The position numbers and the translations under genes are program-made. DNA of 64,000 bases. Source: Octopus bimaculoides. Lineage: Eukaryota. Shown here piece by piece: positions 24,446-37,371 of this stretch. The stretch is taken from the NCBI RefSeq assembly GCF_001194135.2, contig NC_068989.1, forward strand, positions 85,335,539 to 85,399,538, given 5' to 3'. The notes under the pieces were generated by a model. That model was not told where the DNA came from. It made no database searches and saw only the letters and a program-made list of their open reading frames with translations. Position 1 is the stretch's first letter, and each line of letters begins with the position of its first letter.

Positions 24446-25679
24446 GTAAGTACTGCAGTTGTCACTATAGCAACAATGACAAGTCCATATCCGATGGTAA
24501 TTACCGTAGCAACAGCGACAGACCTTGTCTGCTGCATCAGTTGCTTTAGCTACAGTAATTATGTCAACAACTAATACGTATATACATATACGTGTGTGTG
24601 TGTGTCTTCGTCTTTTATTATTTGTTTCAGTCGTCTGCCCATGGCCATGCTGGAGCACTGCCTTGAAGCATTCAGTTGAACAAATCAATCCTAGTATTTA
24701 TTTTTTGAGCCTGTCAAAGATACCTTACAGTGGGACTGAACCCCAAAAAAACCATGTGACTGCAAAGTTTCTTAACCACACAGCCATGTGTATGTTGCTC
24801 TAATCTGTTTAGCTAAAAATGAGTATTGGCCTTAAGAGGAGCACCACATATACATCATCATCATCATCATCATCATCGTTTAACGTCTGCTTTCCATGCT
24901 AGCATGGGTTGGACGATTTGACTGAGGACTGGTGAAACCGGATGGCAACACCAGGCTCCAATCTAATTTGGCAGAGTTTCTACAGCTGGATGCCCTTCCT
25001 AATGCCAACCACTCAGAGAGTGTAGCCACTTAGAGAGTATACTGGCTCTTGTGCGGGTGGCACATAAAATACACCATTTTGAGCATGGCCGTTGCCAGTA
25101 CCGCCTGACTGGCCTTCGTGCGGGTGACACATAAAAGCACCCACTACACTCTCTGAGTGGTTGACGTTAGGAAGGGCATCCAGCTATAGAAACTCTGCCA
25201 AATCAAATTGGAGCCTGGTGTTGCCATCCAGTTTCACCAGTCCTCAGTCAAATCGTCCAATCCATGCTAGCATGGAAAGCAGACATTAAACGATGATGAT
25301 GATGATGATAAATATATAGGGGGAGAATTCACAAAAAAACAAAAGACAAAGACAGGTGGTATAGACAACAAACACATGTATTAGTTTAATGCTCGGGAAG
25401 TGAAAAAGTCTTTAACGTTTCAAGCCTACAACATGTGGTATAATTATAAACGGCAAATTTTAGCCATTTCTCTGCAGACTGAAAAAATGATGAACAATGT
25501 TAATTGATTTTCAAACCTTATTGGGTTCTCATCAGAGGCGTCTACATCATACTGACAGTCTCCAGAGAGACAAGCAGCCAAACTGTTTATTTATTCAACA
25601 AATGCAGCAGTTACTCTATATATATATATAACCCATGCTAGCATGGAAAGCGGACGTTAAACGATGATGATGATGATGA

Positions 25680-25725
<46 letters not shown>

Positions 25726-26112
25726 GCTGTGTGGTAAGAAGCTTGCTTCCCAACCACATGGTTCCAGGTTCAGTCCCACTGCGTGGCACCTTGAGCAAGT
25801 GTCTTCTGCTATAGCCTCGGGCCGACCAAAGCCTTGTGAATGGATTTGGTAGAAGGAAACTGAAAGAAGCCTGTTGTATATATATGTATGTATATATCCA
25901 TGTGTGTGTGTCTGTATTTGTCTCCCCATGACCACTTGACAACCGGTGTTGGTGTTTATACATCTCCATAACTTAGCAGTTCAGCAAATGAGACTGATGG
26001 AATAAGTACCAGGCTTGAAAAATAAGTACTGGGGTCGACTCATTTGACTAAAACTTCAAGGCGGTGCCCCAGCATGACGACAGTCAAATGACCGAAGCAT
26101 ATAAAAGATAAA

Positions 26113-26147
<35 letters not shown>

Positions 26148-26155
<8 letters not shown>

Positions 26156-26315
26156 AATAAGGTACTCAGAGATCTGGATGGTTGTACATTTACAGATTTT
26201 TATTAATATGTCGCATGTTTTTGTGACATTAATAAAATTCAAAAACATGTGGCATATTAATAAAAATCTGTAAATGTACACCCATCCAGATCTTTGAGTA
26301 CCTTATTTTTTCTAA
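26148..26315. repeat. Hairpin element with arms of about 76 bp, beside (TA)n
   Basis: 26148-26223 pairs with 26240-26315 with few mismatches. Confidence 0.8.
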
Positions 26316-27176
26316 TATATAATACTTGTACATAACCTCCAAACCTTCTAATATATATATATATATATATTTCGGTTTCCAATGACTTAGAAGAAAGAAG
26401 TCAAAGAGGCATGGATAAAACAAAATTTAATTTTTAGTCTAATAATTATAGATTACACACACACACACACTCATGTTTAATCTATAATCATTAATCCTAT
26501 AGGATATCCTTTTCTGTTAGTGTTACTCTTGCACAAATCTTGTCTTAATGCTATCTTGTAGCTGAAAGGCCTTTATATGTATGCATGTATATATATATAT
26601 ATATATATATATAAACAGTGCTGGTGACACGTAAAAGCACCCACTACATTCTTGGAGTGGTTGGCATTAGGAAGGGCATCCAGTCATAGGAACTAAGCCA
26701 AATCAAACTGGAGCCTTGGTACAGCTCTCTGATTTACCAGTTCCACTCAAACCTAACCCGTGCCTGCATGGAAAACGAATGGTGGATGAGGATGAGGCTG
26801 ATGATGATCGACTACCTGTGTCGTTTTTTCCCTTATGTCTTGTCCATATTTTGTGGAGAGAGGTTAGTTGATTCCACCACTCCCAGGACTTGGCTTAAAA
26901 GGATGAAAGCGATGTCAGCCTTTTTGGAATTTGATCACAAAATATAGACGGATGAAATGCCACTAAGGATTTCGTCCAGCATGCTGATGGTTCTGCCAGC
27001 GCACCACTCTTAACCTGTTACTCTTAATAATGATTACTAATGCTGCTACAGAATTTTATAAATCTCTTGTAAGGGGGAAAAAAAGGACAGAACATAAAGG
27101 GAAGTAACTACACACTGAGTCCAGCACTCTTCTCTCTCTGTGCCACCCTGTAATATTATGGTATTTTTATTAACAG

Positions 27177-27243
27177 TTATATGGAGGGAGCAGTAGCCGG
27201 TTCTCCACTCTGGACATCAACACCAAAGGACACTTTCAAGAAG
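27177..27243 (+). CDS. RBM45: RBM45 short exon (RRM3-RRM4 linker)
   Basis: Acceptor ttaacag|, encodes (S)YMEGAVAGSPLWTSTPKDTFKK, donor |gtcagt. Phase 2 to 0 exactly bridges the flanking exons. Confidence 0.78.
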
Positions 27244-28015
27244 GTCAGTTGTAACATCTCTCTTTATATTCACGTTTGTGTGTGTAGACATTCACAATTT
27301 ATTATCTTAGTAGGTTTGGTTGTTGGACAGAGGCCATGCTGGGACACTCCGTCCTGGGACACTCCATCCTGAAAGGAATTGGCCATCATATTAGCCTCTC
27401 AGTACTTATCATCAATCATTAGGGTTTTCACATGGACACAACTTGCCACTGGTTTACTGTGCTAAACATAAGCACAAACCTGCACATATATACACACATT
27501 TGCTACATACATACATATATACATACATAGGCACTCTGTCGGTCATGATGACAAGTGTTGCAGGTGATCAAATCAATGGAACAGCCTTCTTGTGAAATTA
27601 ATGTGCAAGTGGCTGAGCGCTCTACAGACATGCGTACCCTTAACATAGTTCTCAGGGAGATTCTGTGTGACACAGAATGTGACAAAGCTGACCCTTTGAA
27701 ATACGGGTACTACTCATCTTTGCCAGCTGAGTGGACTGGAGCAATGTGAAATAAAGTGTCTTGCTCAAGGACTTTATGCACTTCTGGGTAGTGAACCAAT
27801 GACCCTCTGATTGTGAGCTGAAATATCCTAACCACTAAATCATATGTCCTCTCTCTCTCTCTCTCTCAGCAAAATTCCACTTGCAAAGTATTGGTCAATC
27901 CAAAGGCCAGAGTAGACACTTGCTCAATGTTGAACAGAGTGGGGTTGAACCCAGAGCTGTCTAGTTGTGAAGCAGACCTTAATCATACAGCCAATACCTG
28001 AGCCTATTTACACAT

Positions 28016-28055
<40 letters not shown>

Positions 28056-28652
28056 CTACAGTGTGCCTTTCACTGGTGTTCTTCCAATCTTTTGTTCTTC
28101 TCTGCCACTCTTTAACTGTATAAGACTGGGCCAACCCGATCTGCCCACTATTTTTGCTCTCAACAAACAAAACTGATCTCTTTAATTATGCTTTTCTTTG
28201 CTTAGGAAGATTCAAACACTTTTTGCTTTTTACTTCGAAACTGTCAGTAATAATACATTTTTCTTCTTTTCATATTTTGTAAAAAAAAAACAAAGAAAAA
28301 CAAAAAAAAAAAGGATCCATTGTGTTTTGACATATAACATCAACAGGCTCTATCTATCCCAACGGCATAACCCTTTAGCATTTAAAGTGGCCATATCCAG
28401 CCCACATATTCTACCCGTTTTCTGTTCAAGCAGACCAGATCTGGCCTCTCGCACCTACACTACAATGTCATTCTAAGGACAAACAATCATTGAAATCTCA
28501 AAGCTATGAGATAAGCCATGATTAATGCAAAACGATGTGAATGTATCCATACTAAATTTGTCATGGTAATCTGAACGTTAAAGGATTAATATAATTATTA
28601 TCCTGCCTAATTTCTCTTGACATATCCATTGATGGATTATTCTCTCTTTCAG

Positions 28653-28893
28653 GCTGCAATGGTTTTGGAGAAAGCTGGCATCAGCCCTGATCGTATTTTA
28701 GCAAAGGAGCCAGTTTTAGAGCGTGTCCGTTACTCTAACATTAGTCTGCCTCGTACGCAACCGTTACGATCTGAAGACACACCCGTCAGTCAACGTCTGT
28801 TTATAGTCTGTCAGCCTTCTGCTGTCCCAGAACTGATCCTGCGTGACTGTTTCTGTCGATTTGGGGACCTCATTGATGTCTATTTGTTATCAG
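28653..28893 (+). CDS. RBM45: RBM45 exon (linker and first half of RRM4)
   Basis: Acceptor ctttcag|, encodes AAMVLEKAG...TPVSQRLFIVCQPSAVPELILRDCFCRFGDLIDVYLLS (cf. TPVKERLFIV...DIFCRFGNLIEVYLVSG), donor G|gtaaga. Phase 0 to 1. Confidence 0.93.
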
Positions 28894-30255
28894 GTAAGAG
28901 AAACCTTTTTCAGTTATTCATAAATTGTGATCTAGGGCAGTGAACAGGTGAAATCATGAGAGTTCAAGAAAATGCTAGTTTTTAGTTACGATTGTTCACA
29001 ATGTGCTGAATATTCCAATGTGCTGAGGTTAACATTGCTTCTCGTCCATTGATTTTTGTTATTCATATGTACCAGTTGAAGATAAATATTATTTCTAAGT
29101 TACTTGGTAACCTCACTAGTTCTGGTACATCATCATCATCATTATTTAACGTCTGCTTTCCATGCTGGTGTGGTGGCAAGCTAGAAGGCTGCACCAGGCT
29201 ACAGTCTGATCTGGTAAGGTTTCTACAGCTGGATGCCCTTCCTAACGCCAACTACTCCAAGAGTGTAGTGGGTGCTTTTTATGTTCCACCAGCATGGGGG
29301 CCAGTCAGGCGGGCCTGGCATCGACCACACTCGAATGGTGCCTTCTACATACCAGTTAGATGGCACTGGCCTCGGCCACAACTACAGTTGTGCTTGACAC
29401 ACACATATATTGTAGGTGTCTAAATGAAGACTTGTTGTTAAACAGTCACTTAACATTATAATACAAACATGAATTAAAAATATGTTTATTGTACTGCTAC
29501 TACAGTTATCTCTTCTATGAACTAATTATACACCAGAAGTGGGGAAACCCTGCCTGCAAGCCCATTCTGTTTTGCCCACAGGCTGGTATACTTGTATGTA
29601 CAAAATATAGTAAATTTTCAATTACAAAATTTATACAATATTCCTACGCCTATTTGTGACATAGGTCGCGTTTCCACAACGACTTAAAATGGTTAGACTC
29701 GAACAGAAACTTGACTGGTAGTTGCCATTTGAATGGAAATTTTGTTTTCACTATAAAACCCATATTGCTAGGTTTGTACCACCCCCTTGAGACCCAACGA
29801 CACTCTAGCTGAAAAATATAGAATACCTCACAAGTAATATAAACGTCCTTAATTCAGTGGCGGCGTTAATGAAGATGTTGCGTGTTAATTTAATGTCTTA
29901 AACTTATCTTTATTAATGTATATCGATATATAATATATATAATATTAATGTATATCGATATATAATATCTTTATTAATGTATATCGAATTTATACATGGA
30001 TATATACAAGATTAACACAAATATAAGAGTTAGAATTTGTGGTCTGCTCATGTTCCTTTTTCTTTGTAAATTTTTGCTTGCCGCACTGAAAGGTTTTCCC
30101 ACCCCAGTTATACACCCTCCTTGCAAGTTTTTCCTCATTCCCAGAATTCACATGAAGCACTTCACACATCTTTCCTCCCTATAACTACGGCCTACTGAAA
30201 TTTCCTTCCTGTTTTTTTTTTTGTTTTCTTTTTCCTCTTTTTTTTTTTTTTCTAG

Positions 30256-30431
30256 GCCGTAACTATGGTTACGCAAAATTTGCCTGCAAAGAAGCTGCTG
30301 GTCGAGCCATGCACACTCTCCACGGACAGAGTATTGCAGGACAACGCCTGAAAGTCCTGGAAGCTGAACCACCCAAAGGAGTCCCACCGACCAGTGAAGA
30401 TGATGGACCATCGAAAAAGCAGAGACTTTAA
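30256..30431 (+). CDS. RBM45: RBM45 terminal coding exon (RRM4 end, basic NLS-like tail)
   Basis: Long poly-T tract then tctag|, encodes (G)RNYGYAKFACKEAAGRAMHTLHGQSIAGQRLKVLEAEPPKGVPPTSEDDGPSKKQRL*. TAA at 30429-30431. Tail resembles vertebrate NKRQRTY. Confidence 0.93.
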
Positions 30432-30613
30432 GGATAATAAGCAAATGTATGCAAGTATTTGAGCCTTCTTTTCATCTTCTTTTCCCTCTTCTGAAGATGT
30501 ATGCTTGTCGTGTGTGTGTGTGTGTGTGTGTATGCATACCTGTGCACGATTTTATTGGAACATGGCTATTGCTATATTCCTCAATTAATAATGCCATATC
30601 TCTCGTTATGTTC

Positions 30614-30647
<34 letters not shown>

Positions 30648-31380
30648 TCATCATTTCCTTTAAACCTAAAACCGCCATGTCTGCTATTGCAGGCTGGAGT
30701 TGCCAAATACCAACAACATTTTGTTGATTTCCCACAGTTGACAACTAAGGAATTAATGGTTTGTGTGTTAACGAGGATATATTTTAACGAGCTAATCTCT
30801 CAAACACATATCACTGCAATGGTGTATGAACGGGCTGTCAGGTCTAACGTTTGATGAAATCTTTTACATGGTATATAAAGCTAACCCCATCAGAAACGAG
30901 TGGTTTATTGAAAGGTCAGTTTTGTATATGGGCTAATTTCTTATTGGTGTTATTATACAGAAACATCAGCCAGGTATATGGGCTAATTTCTTGCTGATAT
31001 TTTTTGGAAAAGCCAGTCTGGTATGTTGGCTAACTTTGTGTTTGTATCAGTCTTAATATAAATTTTTACACTAATTTAGTCTAATTTCTTTCAGTTGTGT
31101 GTCACTTTTTTAACAACATAGTGCTATGGTTGTAGAATCTAGACACTGTTTTCATATTACCTATTGTGTATGTCACGTTTGTTTTCTTTCCTAATTTTTA
31201 AGTTGATAATCTGGCTGAGGCTAAGGCCCTGACCCCTAACCTGTGTCCTACAATCTAATGCCTCCACTCTAGACATGTGTCTTGCAGAAGCTCTGCTCAC
31301 TCCTATTTATTTAACTAGACATTAAACAAAATAGCTTTACCACTCCTATAGGCCATTTGTATAGTTTGATTGCTTTACTT

Positions 31381-31640
31381 TGACTGTCTCACCTAAACTA
31401 ATTGTCTTATCATCTATCTTACCTGAACTGATTGCCTTACCAATTCTCACTTGACTAATTGTCAAATCATGTCTCACTTGGACCGACTGCCTTACCCGAT
31501 TGTCTCACTCGGACTGATTGCCTTACCCAATTGTCTCACTTGGACTGATTGCGTTACCTGACTGTCTCACCTGAACTGATTGCCTTACTTGGCTGTCTCA
31601 CCTGGATTGATTGCCTTACCTGACTGTCTTACTTTGACTG
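31381..31640. repeat. 31-bp minisatellite, about 8 copies, downstream of the RBM45 stop
   Basis: tgtctc recurs at 31501, 31532, 31563, 31594 and 31625 (as tgtctt). Unit tgtctcacttggactgattgccttacccgat. Confidence 0.8.
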
Positions 31641-31642
31641 CC

Positions 31643-31648
31643 AATAAA
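31643..31648 (+). terminator. Candidate RBM45 polyadenylation signal
   Basis: First canonical AATAAA I found after the stop codon at 30431. Confidence 0.3.
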
Positions 31649-33279
31649 GACAGTATTTTCCCTCTCTCTCTCTCTCTCTCAATGGCCCTATCTTTCAAGG
31701 CCATACCTTCTACTTCACTGTAATGTCTGCTGTCACAATCATCCTTTGCTTTCACTTTAGTATTCAGAGGTTAATGTAGGAAGTAGAGGAGGAGGCCATC
31801 CATCCTTTCGTCCGTCTGTTTTATCACCCATCCTTCCACAAAACCATTTGTTCCAAGAAATAAGCCATCAGACAAAAATAGATATGAAGGTTACATAAAG
31901 GTCTCCAAATCCCTGGTGTGTTCTTCTTGTTGAAGACCTCCTACTCAGAGCCAGTGTAACACACCCAATTGTTAAGGAGTTCACTTCACAACTAGATGAT
32001 TTGGGGTTCTATTCCACTGAATGGCACCTTGGGCAAGTGTCTTTTACTATAATCTTGGCTCCACTAATAACTTGTTAGTGGAATTTCGCAAGTGAAAACT
32101 GTGTGGAAGCTTGTCAGAGAAACACTTCATGTTCTTGGGTGATAGACTCTGTCTGTCACTGTATTTAACACAATCACTGGCCTTTGTGTCTCTTCAATAG
32201 AGTCCAGTCTCTTTCTAGTATTTGAGTCAGGTATCTGGTTATGAGAATAACTGCCCTTCTTCCTGCTAATCTGGAAGGTTCTGAAAAGGGTCAAGAGCAC
32301 TGTGCTTTCTTGTCTAAGCTATTAAAATAAAGCAGTGAAAGTGGTAGTCATAGTCTCTGTCTCTCTCTCTTACAGTGGTAATGGCCTCTGTTGCTATTTC
32401 TGATTCAGCCGACAAAGTCTGCTATACGGAAAAAAAAAAGTAAAATACAACCAAATCTTTCTCAATTTACACTTTTGTCCTAAGTCTACTATGTTTGAAT
32501 AAATGATGAGATAAAACCTCTTTGACGATCATAGGATTGGTTAATTAGGGCCAGATGGGGCAGGAGGGTTTTCGACAGTAAGAAAGGACACTTTGGATAA
32601 TGTTCAAATGAAAAGTGATATGGTCACAGCTAGAATGTCTTGATTACAGTTCTGCTGGATTAGGACTTACTGAGGGTTAAAAAAAACAACTTAACTGAAT
32701 TGTATTAGTACCTTTTGTATGCTGTGTATCTGTTTGTCTGTCTTTCTCTCTCATTAACAGTAATGACAACAACAAGTGTTTTTATCGAGTGCAACAACTG
32801 TGCCTGTTGTATTTATTTGCATGTGAACATTTTTTCGTTTTGCAGCCAGCTAATTCCTTGTAAGTTTTGGAAACTTGGCCCAAGGTGGAAGTAAATAAAA
32901 GAACTACTAACAATGAGTTCTTCTACCTTCCTACCTTTCACCTCAGACACTAACGAACCAATATCTCTCTTTTATCACAATTCCACATCTTATCCTTTTC
33001 TTTTTATTTTTTTAAGTCCTATTTTGGTATATTTTTTGTTGCTATTTTTTTCCCTTTCGTTTTATTTATTTCTTTGGTTTTAGAGCAAAAAAAAAAAAAA
33101 AAAAGACATGACAACTACCGAAAAGAAATCAATTTTAGAGAAATTAATTATTATTATCAATTATTTATTTTCATTTCAAATCCTGATTTGTTACCTTGCT
33201 TCTATTTCCAGACCTGTTTGCAGGTGGCCTCATTGGTTTCCACTTGTTACGATGACAACCTTCCTTCTGACACACCTTT

Positions 33280-33960
33280 CCCACGACGACGACAACAACA
33301 ACACCAACAACTACTATAACTATTCATACTACATCTACTACTACTACTACTACTACTGCTATTATTACTACTACTACTACTGCTACTGCTACTTCAACAG
33401 ACTTGACGATAACTGCTACGACACACCTGAGCCAGCTGTAAATCTTCAGAATCGACTTAAAAAAAACCAAAGCCTGAGTAAGCCGCTTGCGTGCGAGTAT
33501 TCCGTGTGTGTGTGTGTGTATGTGTCACTGTGCGAGTGTGTATGTTGGTGTGTGTGATTTTGTGTGTGTGTATGTGTGTGAACATGGGTACATGTGGTTT
33601 TATATGCATGTGTATCAAAATGCGGTTGTGTGTGTGTGTGTGTGTGTGTGTGTGTCGTAAAACTGTGTTTTTACAATTAGCATTTTGAAAACTTCAAAAG
33701 ATTTTGGAAATGTGCGGCATGAAAAAAAAAAATGCGAGAAACAGATTTGAAGAGAAATGGTGAAAAAAAAAAAAAAAAAGACTATAGAAACTGTATGCAG
33801 AGAAGTGGACAATGTCAAACTGACCATCTCTCTCACTGATTGGAATACAACTGGTCAGTGTAATGACAGTGACATCACTTACACAACAGCTGACCACCTG
33901 AGTACATGGAAAAACCCTCTTATAGCAACAACAACTACTACTACTACTACTACTACGATT
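33280..33960. repeat. Compound microsatellite region ((ACA)n, (CTA)n, (GT)n, poly-A)
   Basis: Directly visible simple repeats. Confidence 0.8.
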
Positions 33961-34877
33961 TACTACTACCGTTACTACTTTTACTACCTTAACTACTGAA
34001 ACATTTAGTGGTCTATGATTGGAGTTTTTAATTTACAAACGAGGAAAAGGTAATTTAACCCATTAGCATTGAGATTGCTCTGTCAAATGTTCTGCTTATT
34101 TATTCACAATGTTTTTAATTAATCATGCATTATCTAATGGCTTTGAGATTTTGATGATGTGATTGTTTATTTTTAGAACGACCTTGCAGGGTAGGTACGA
34201 GAGGCCAGACCTGGCCTGTTTGAGCATAAAACAGGTAGAATATTTTGGCTCGATACGGCTGGTTTAAATGCTAAAGGGTTAAATTTTCAAAGTAGATATA
34301 AAATTATAAAACTTAAAAATTATATATATATGTATATATACATTTTTATTTTCCCGGCGTACTTCTCGGGGGGGTGGGGAACCAAATGGCACAAGTGAGA
34401 GAAGGAATGTGCGAAGGTCCAAACTAAAAATCCTGACAGTCTTAGCAACGAACTGAGACGGAAAACTAGTCCCAATTCAACCTACATTTCTTTACAGCTG
34501 ACATGTTTGTGTGACTTAATAAAACATCTATTACACACCTCATGGGTGGTGGGGCATGGGAACTCTTTTTCTTTCTCTTCTTCTCATTCAGTCTGTTCTC
34601 CTTGGCTGCTCAATAGAAGTAGCAGTAATGATGATAATAATAACAACAACAATACTAAACATAACAATAACAACAATAATAATTGCTTCTGATTTTGGCA
34701 CAAGGCCAGCAATTTTTAAGGGAGAATCTGGTTGATTACATTGCTCCCAGTACTTGATTGTTACCCTGTTTCATTGGCCCTAAAAGGGCGAAAGGCAAAA
34801 TTGGCTTCAAAGTTTGAACTCAGAATATAAAGAGCAGAAACAAAGGCATTTTGTCTGGCATTGTAACAACAACAATG

Positions 34878-34913
<36 letters not shown>

Positions 34914-36550
34914 GCAATCATCATCATCATCATCATTTAATGGGCAATGTTCAATGCTCGAATGGGTCATACAGAATTTCTTGAGGGAGATACTCTATAG
35001 CGGGATGCCCTTCCTGTTGCCAACCCCCACCTGTTTCCAGGCAAAGTAATATTTTTCCTTGGAGGACTGGAAACGAACAACATCCTTTGTATGAGAGTGA
35101 TACTCATTTACAACCATCATGTGATGTCAAGACAAGGATCCACAAACACATACATATAAATAAAGCAGGCTTCTTCTAGTTTCCATCTACCAGGAACTGT
35201 AATGGTTTATTGACAGAAGGTTGTAAATTTTTCCCATATCGAAGTTTGATAAGCTGAAAATAGCTTGCAGTTAGAAGCTGGGGTTGCCATGTATGTGAAT
35301 AAAAATCCAAAATTGGAGAATGGCGTAGATAAAAATCCAAGCTACATATGTTTCCTAGCTAGCAGAACCTCGGAAGTAGTAATTGCTAGCTACTCAGCAG
35401 GCTGAAAATAACTGAATCTGTTGGGACTGTGTTGTGTTTGGTTACATCCCTTCAGTTCTTGTTTAGAGCCATTTTGCTTTCCATCCTTCTGAGGTCAATA
35501 AAATACGTAGTATGGAGGTGGGGGAAGCATTGGTGTAATTGACTATACTTTAGAAGGTAGTACTCCAGCATGGCCACAATCTAGTCATTAGGATGAAACC
35601 AGTCATATACATCTATATATATATATATATGAATATATGTAGATGATATCTTCTTCCTGTTATGGAGGGAATTCTTCGGTGATGATGATGATGGTGGTGG
35701 TGGCAGCAGTAGTTCCACTTCACTGGACATTGGTTAGTTAAGGGAGACTGTCTCAGCAGCAGTGCAAAGACTTTGACTACATTTCAAGCCATTCCGACAT
35801 GTATAATTCTCAAATTATTCTTTTTGCGTTCCTTTTTCTTCTACCCCTTCCCCCCTCTCTCGTTTAATTAGTTTTACTTTTTTGTGTTTTAATAATTTTA
35901 ATTCATCACTTTCTGTCTGTGTGTCACAAAGTAGTGAATATGCTCATGTCTGGGGTTATTTTTCAAGTGAGATAAATTTTGTTTAGTCCTCAATTAAGTG
36001 AAGCTTTTTAAATGTTGAAATTTCTAATGTGCATGCATGTGTGTGTGTGTGTAAGATTAAGTTTCAAATTTTACCATAACCATTCTTTATTTGCTAAACA
36101 AGCTTTCACTCCTATTCTGTGGTTGAATTGTTTTCTGCAAAAAAATACTAACAAGAACAAAAATCTGTCACAACTAAAGCTACTACTCTATATACATGTG
36201 TGTGTGTATGTTCACATGTATACACCATACGTGTGCTTTTTGACATTTATATATTAAAGTTAGTGAAAATAGCTATGTTCTTTGATGCTTAACATTTCAT
36301 ATAGCAAAAGTGGTTGAGTATGAAGAAAGAGGAAAAGGAGTATTCAGTAAAGAAGGTAGAGTACTGTATTACATCTTCATGGAAGTTGATACTTCACAGA
36401 TCATGGCTCTGAGTTTCGTATTTCCAGTCTTAGAGCAGTTTTGAAGACTGAAACATAAGACTTGTGTTTAAAAAAACGGTTGAAATAGAGATGTTTTAAT
36501 ACCTAGACAAACTTTGATTGGATAATATTTTTGGAACAAAAGGATTTTAT

Positions 36551-37060
36551 TAACCCTGTCAGACCTGGGCCCGTGTGTGTCTAACTTTTCCCTCTACCTG
36601 GGCTCCTGAGCACAAAAATAAATAGTTGCATACACAGATCAAGAGTTATGATTGCAGGTAAACTAATGGATGGGATCCCCCACCACCAAAAAGAAAAAAG
36701 TCAGGAGAATAACAATGATAGGCCTATCTCTCCACTACTGTATTTGTTCACCTGAATCACTACTTTCCTCATCCCCTTTTATCAGTTTGATTGTCCAAAT
36801 CACTATCATTGTCTGCGTAAGGGTAGACTTCTTGCTCATCTGAAGAATAAATATCATCAATAATTTCATCAACTGTAAAAAGTCTAGGCCTTGCTCACTT
36901 CATCACACACTTCATCACAAAAATATACATTTTTTTCAATTAAATGCGAAAGTAGTCGGAGATGCCATTAACAATGAGCCATAAACACACTTGACTATGA
37001 AGCTGCAATGAGACCAGTTGCCTAATTTTAATATTTAATCTTCTTTTTCTACTTGTGTTG
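36551..37060 (+). mobile_element. Unclassified dispersed repeat; second copy at ~40361-41480, split by a family A SINE
   Basis: taaccct...cagacctgg...ctcctgagca...aataaatagttg...caggtaaactaatg and a later acaatga(g/a)ccataaacacact segment are shared by both loci. Confidence 0.6.
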
Positions 37061-37371
37061 TTCATTTACCACTTGGGAAATGGTAGAGATTACGTTTCGG
37101 CTGTTTCCACTGCAGGATTACTTGACCATAGAACTGTTGTACAGAAAATAAGAAACAATTATAATCAAACGGTTAGTGAGTTTGGGAGAAGAAAAGAAAT
37201 TTTTTAAATTGCAAGAATGTAAAATACAAGACTGTGATTTAGGAAGAGGAAATAACATCAAAGATGATTTTAAATGATGCTAAAAGTGTTTGGCATAGCA
37301 GCAACTGGAGGAGAGGACAAAAAATGGTAGCAAAAAGCCTGTCCAAAGAAGATTAATATAATAAATTATTA

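Noticed and set aside
33108-33557. 149-aa poly-Tyr/Asn ORF
   Set aside because: It is a translation of (CTA)n/(ACA)n microsatellites with no domain. The Thr-rich frame is preceded by a stop.
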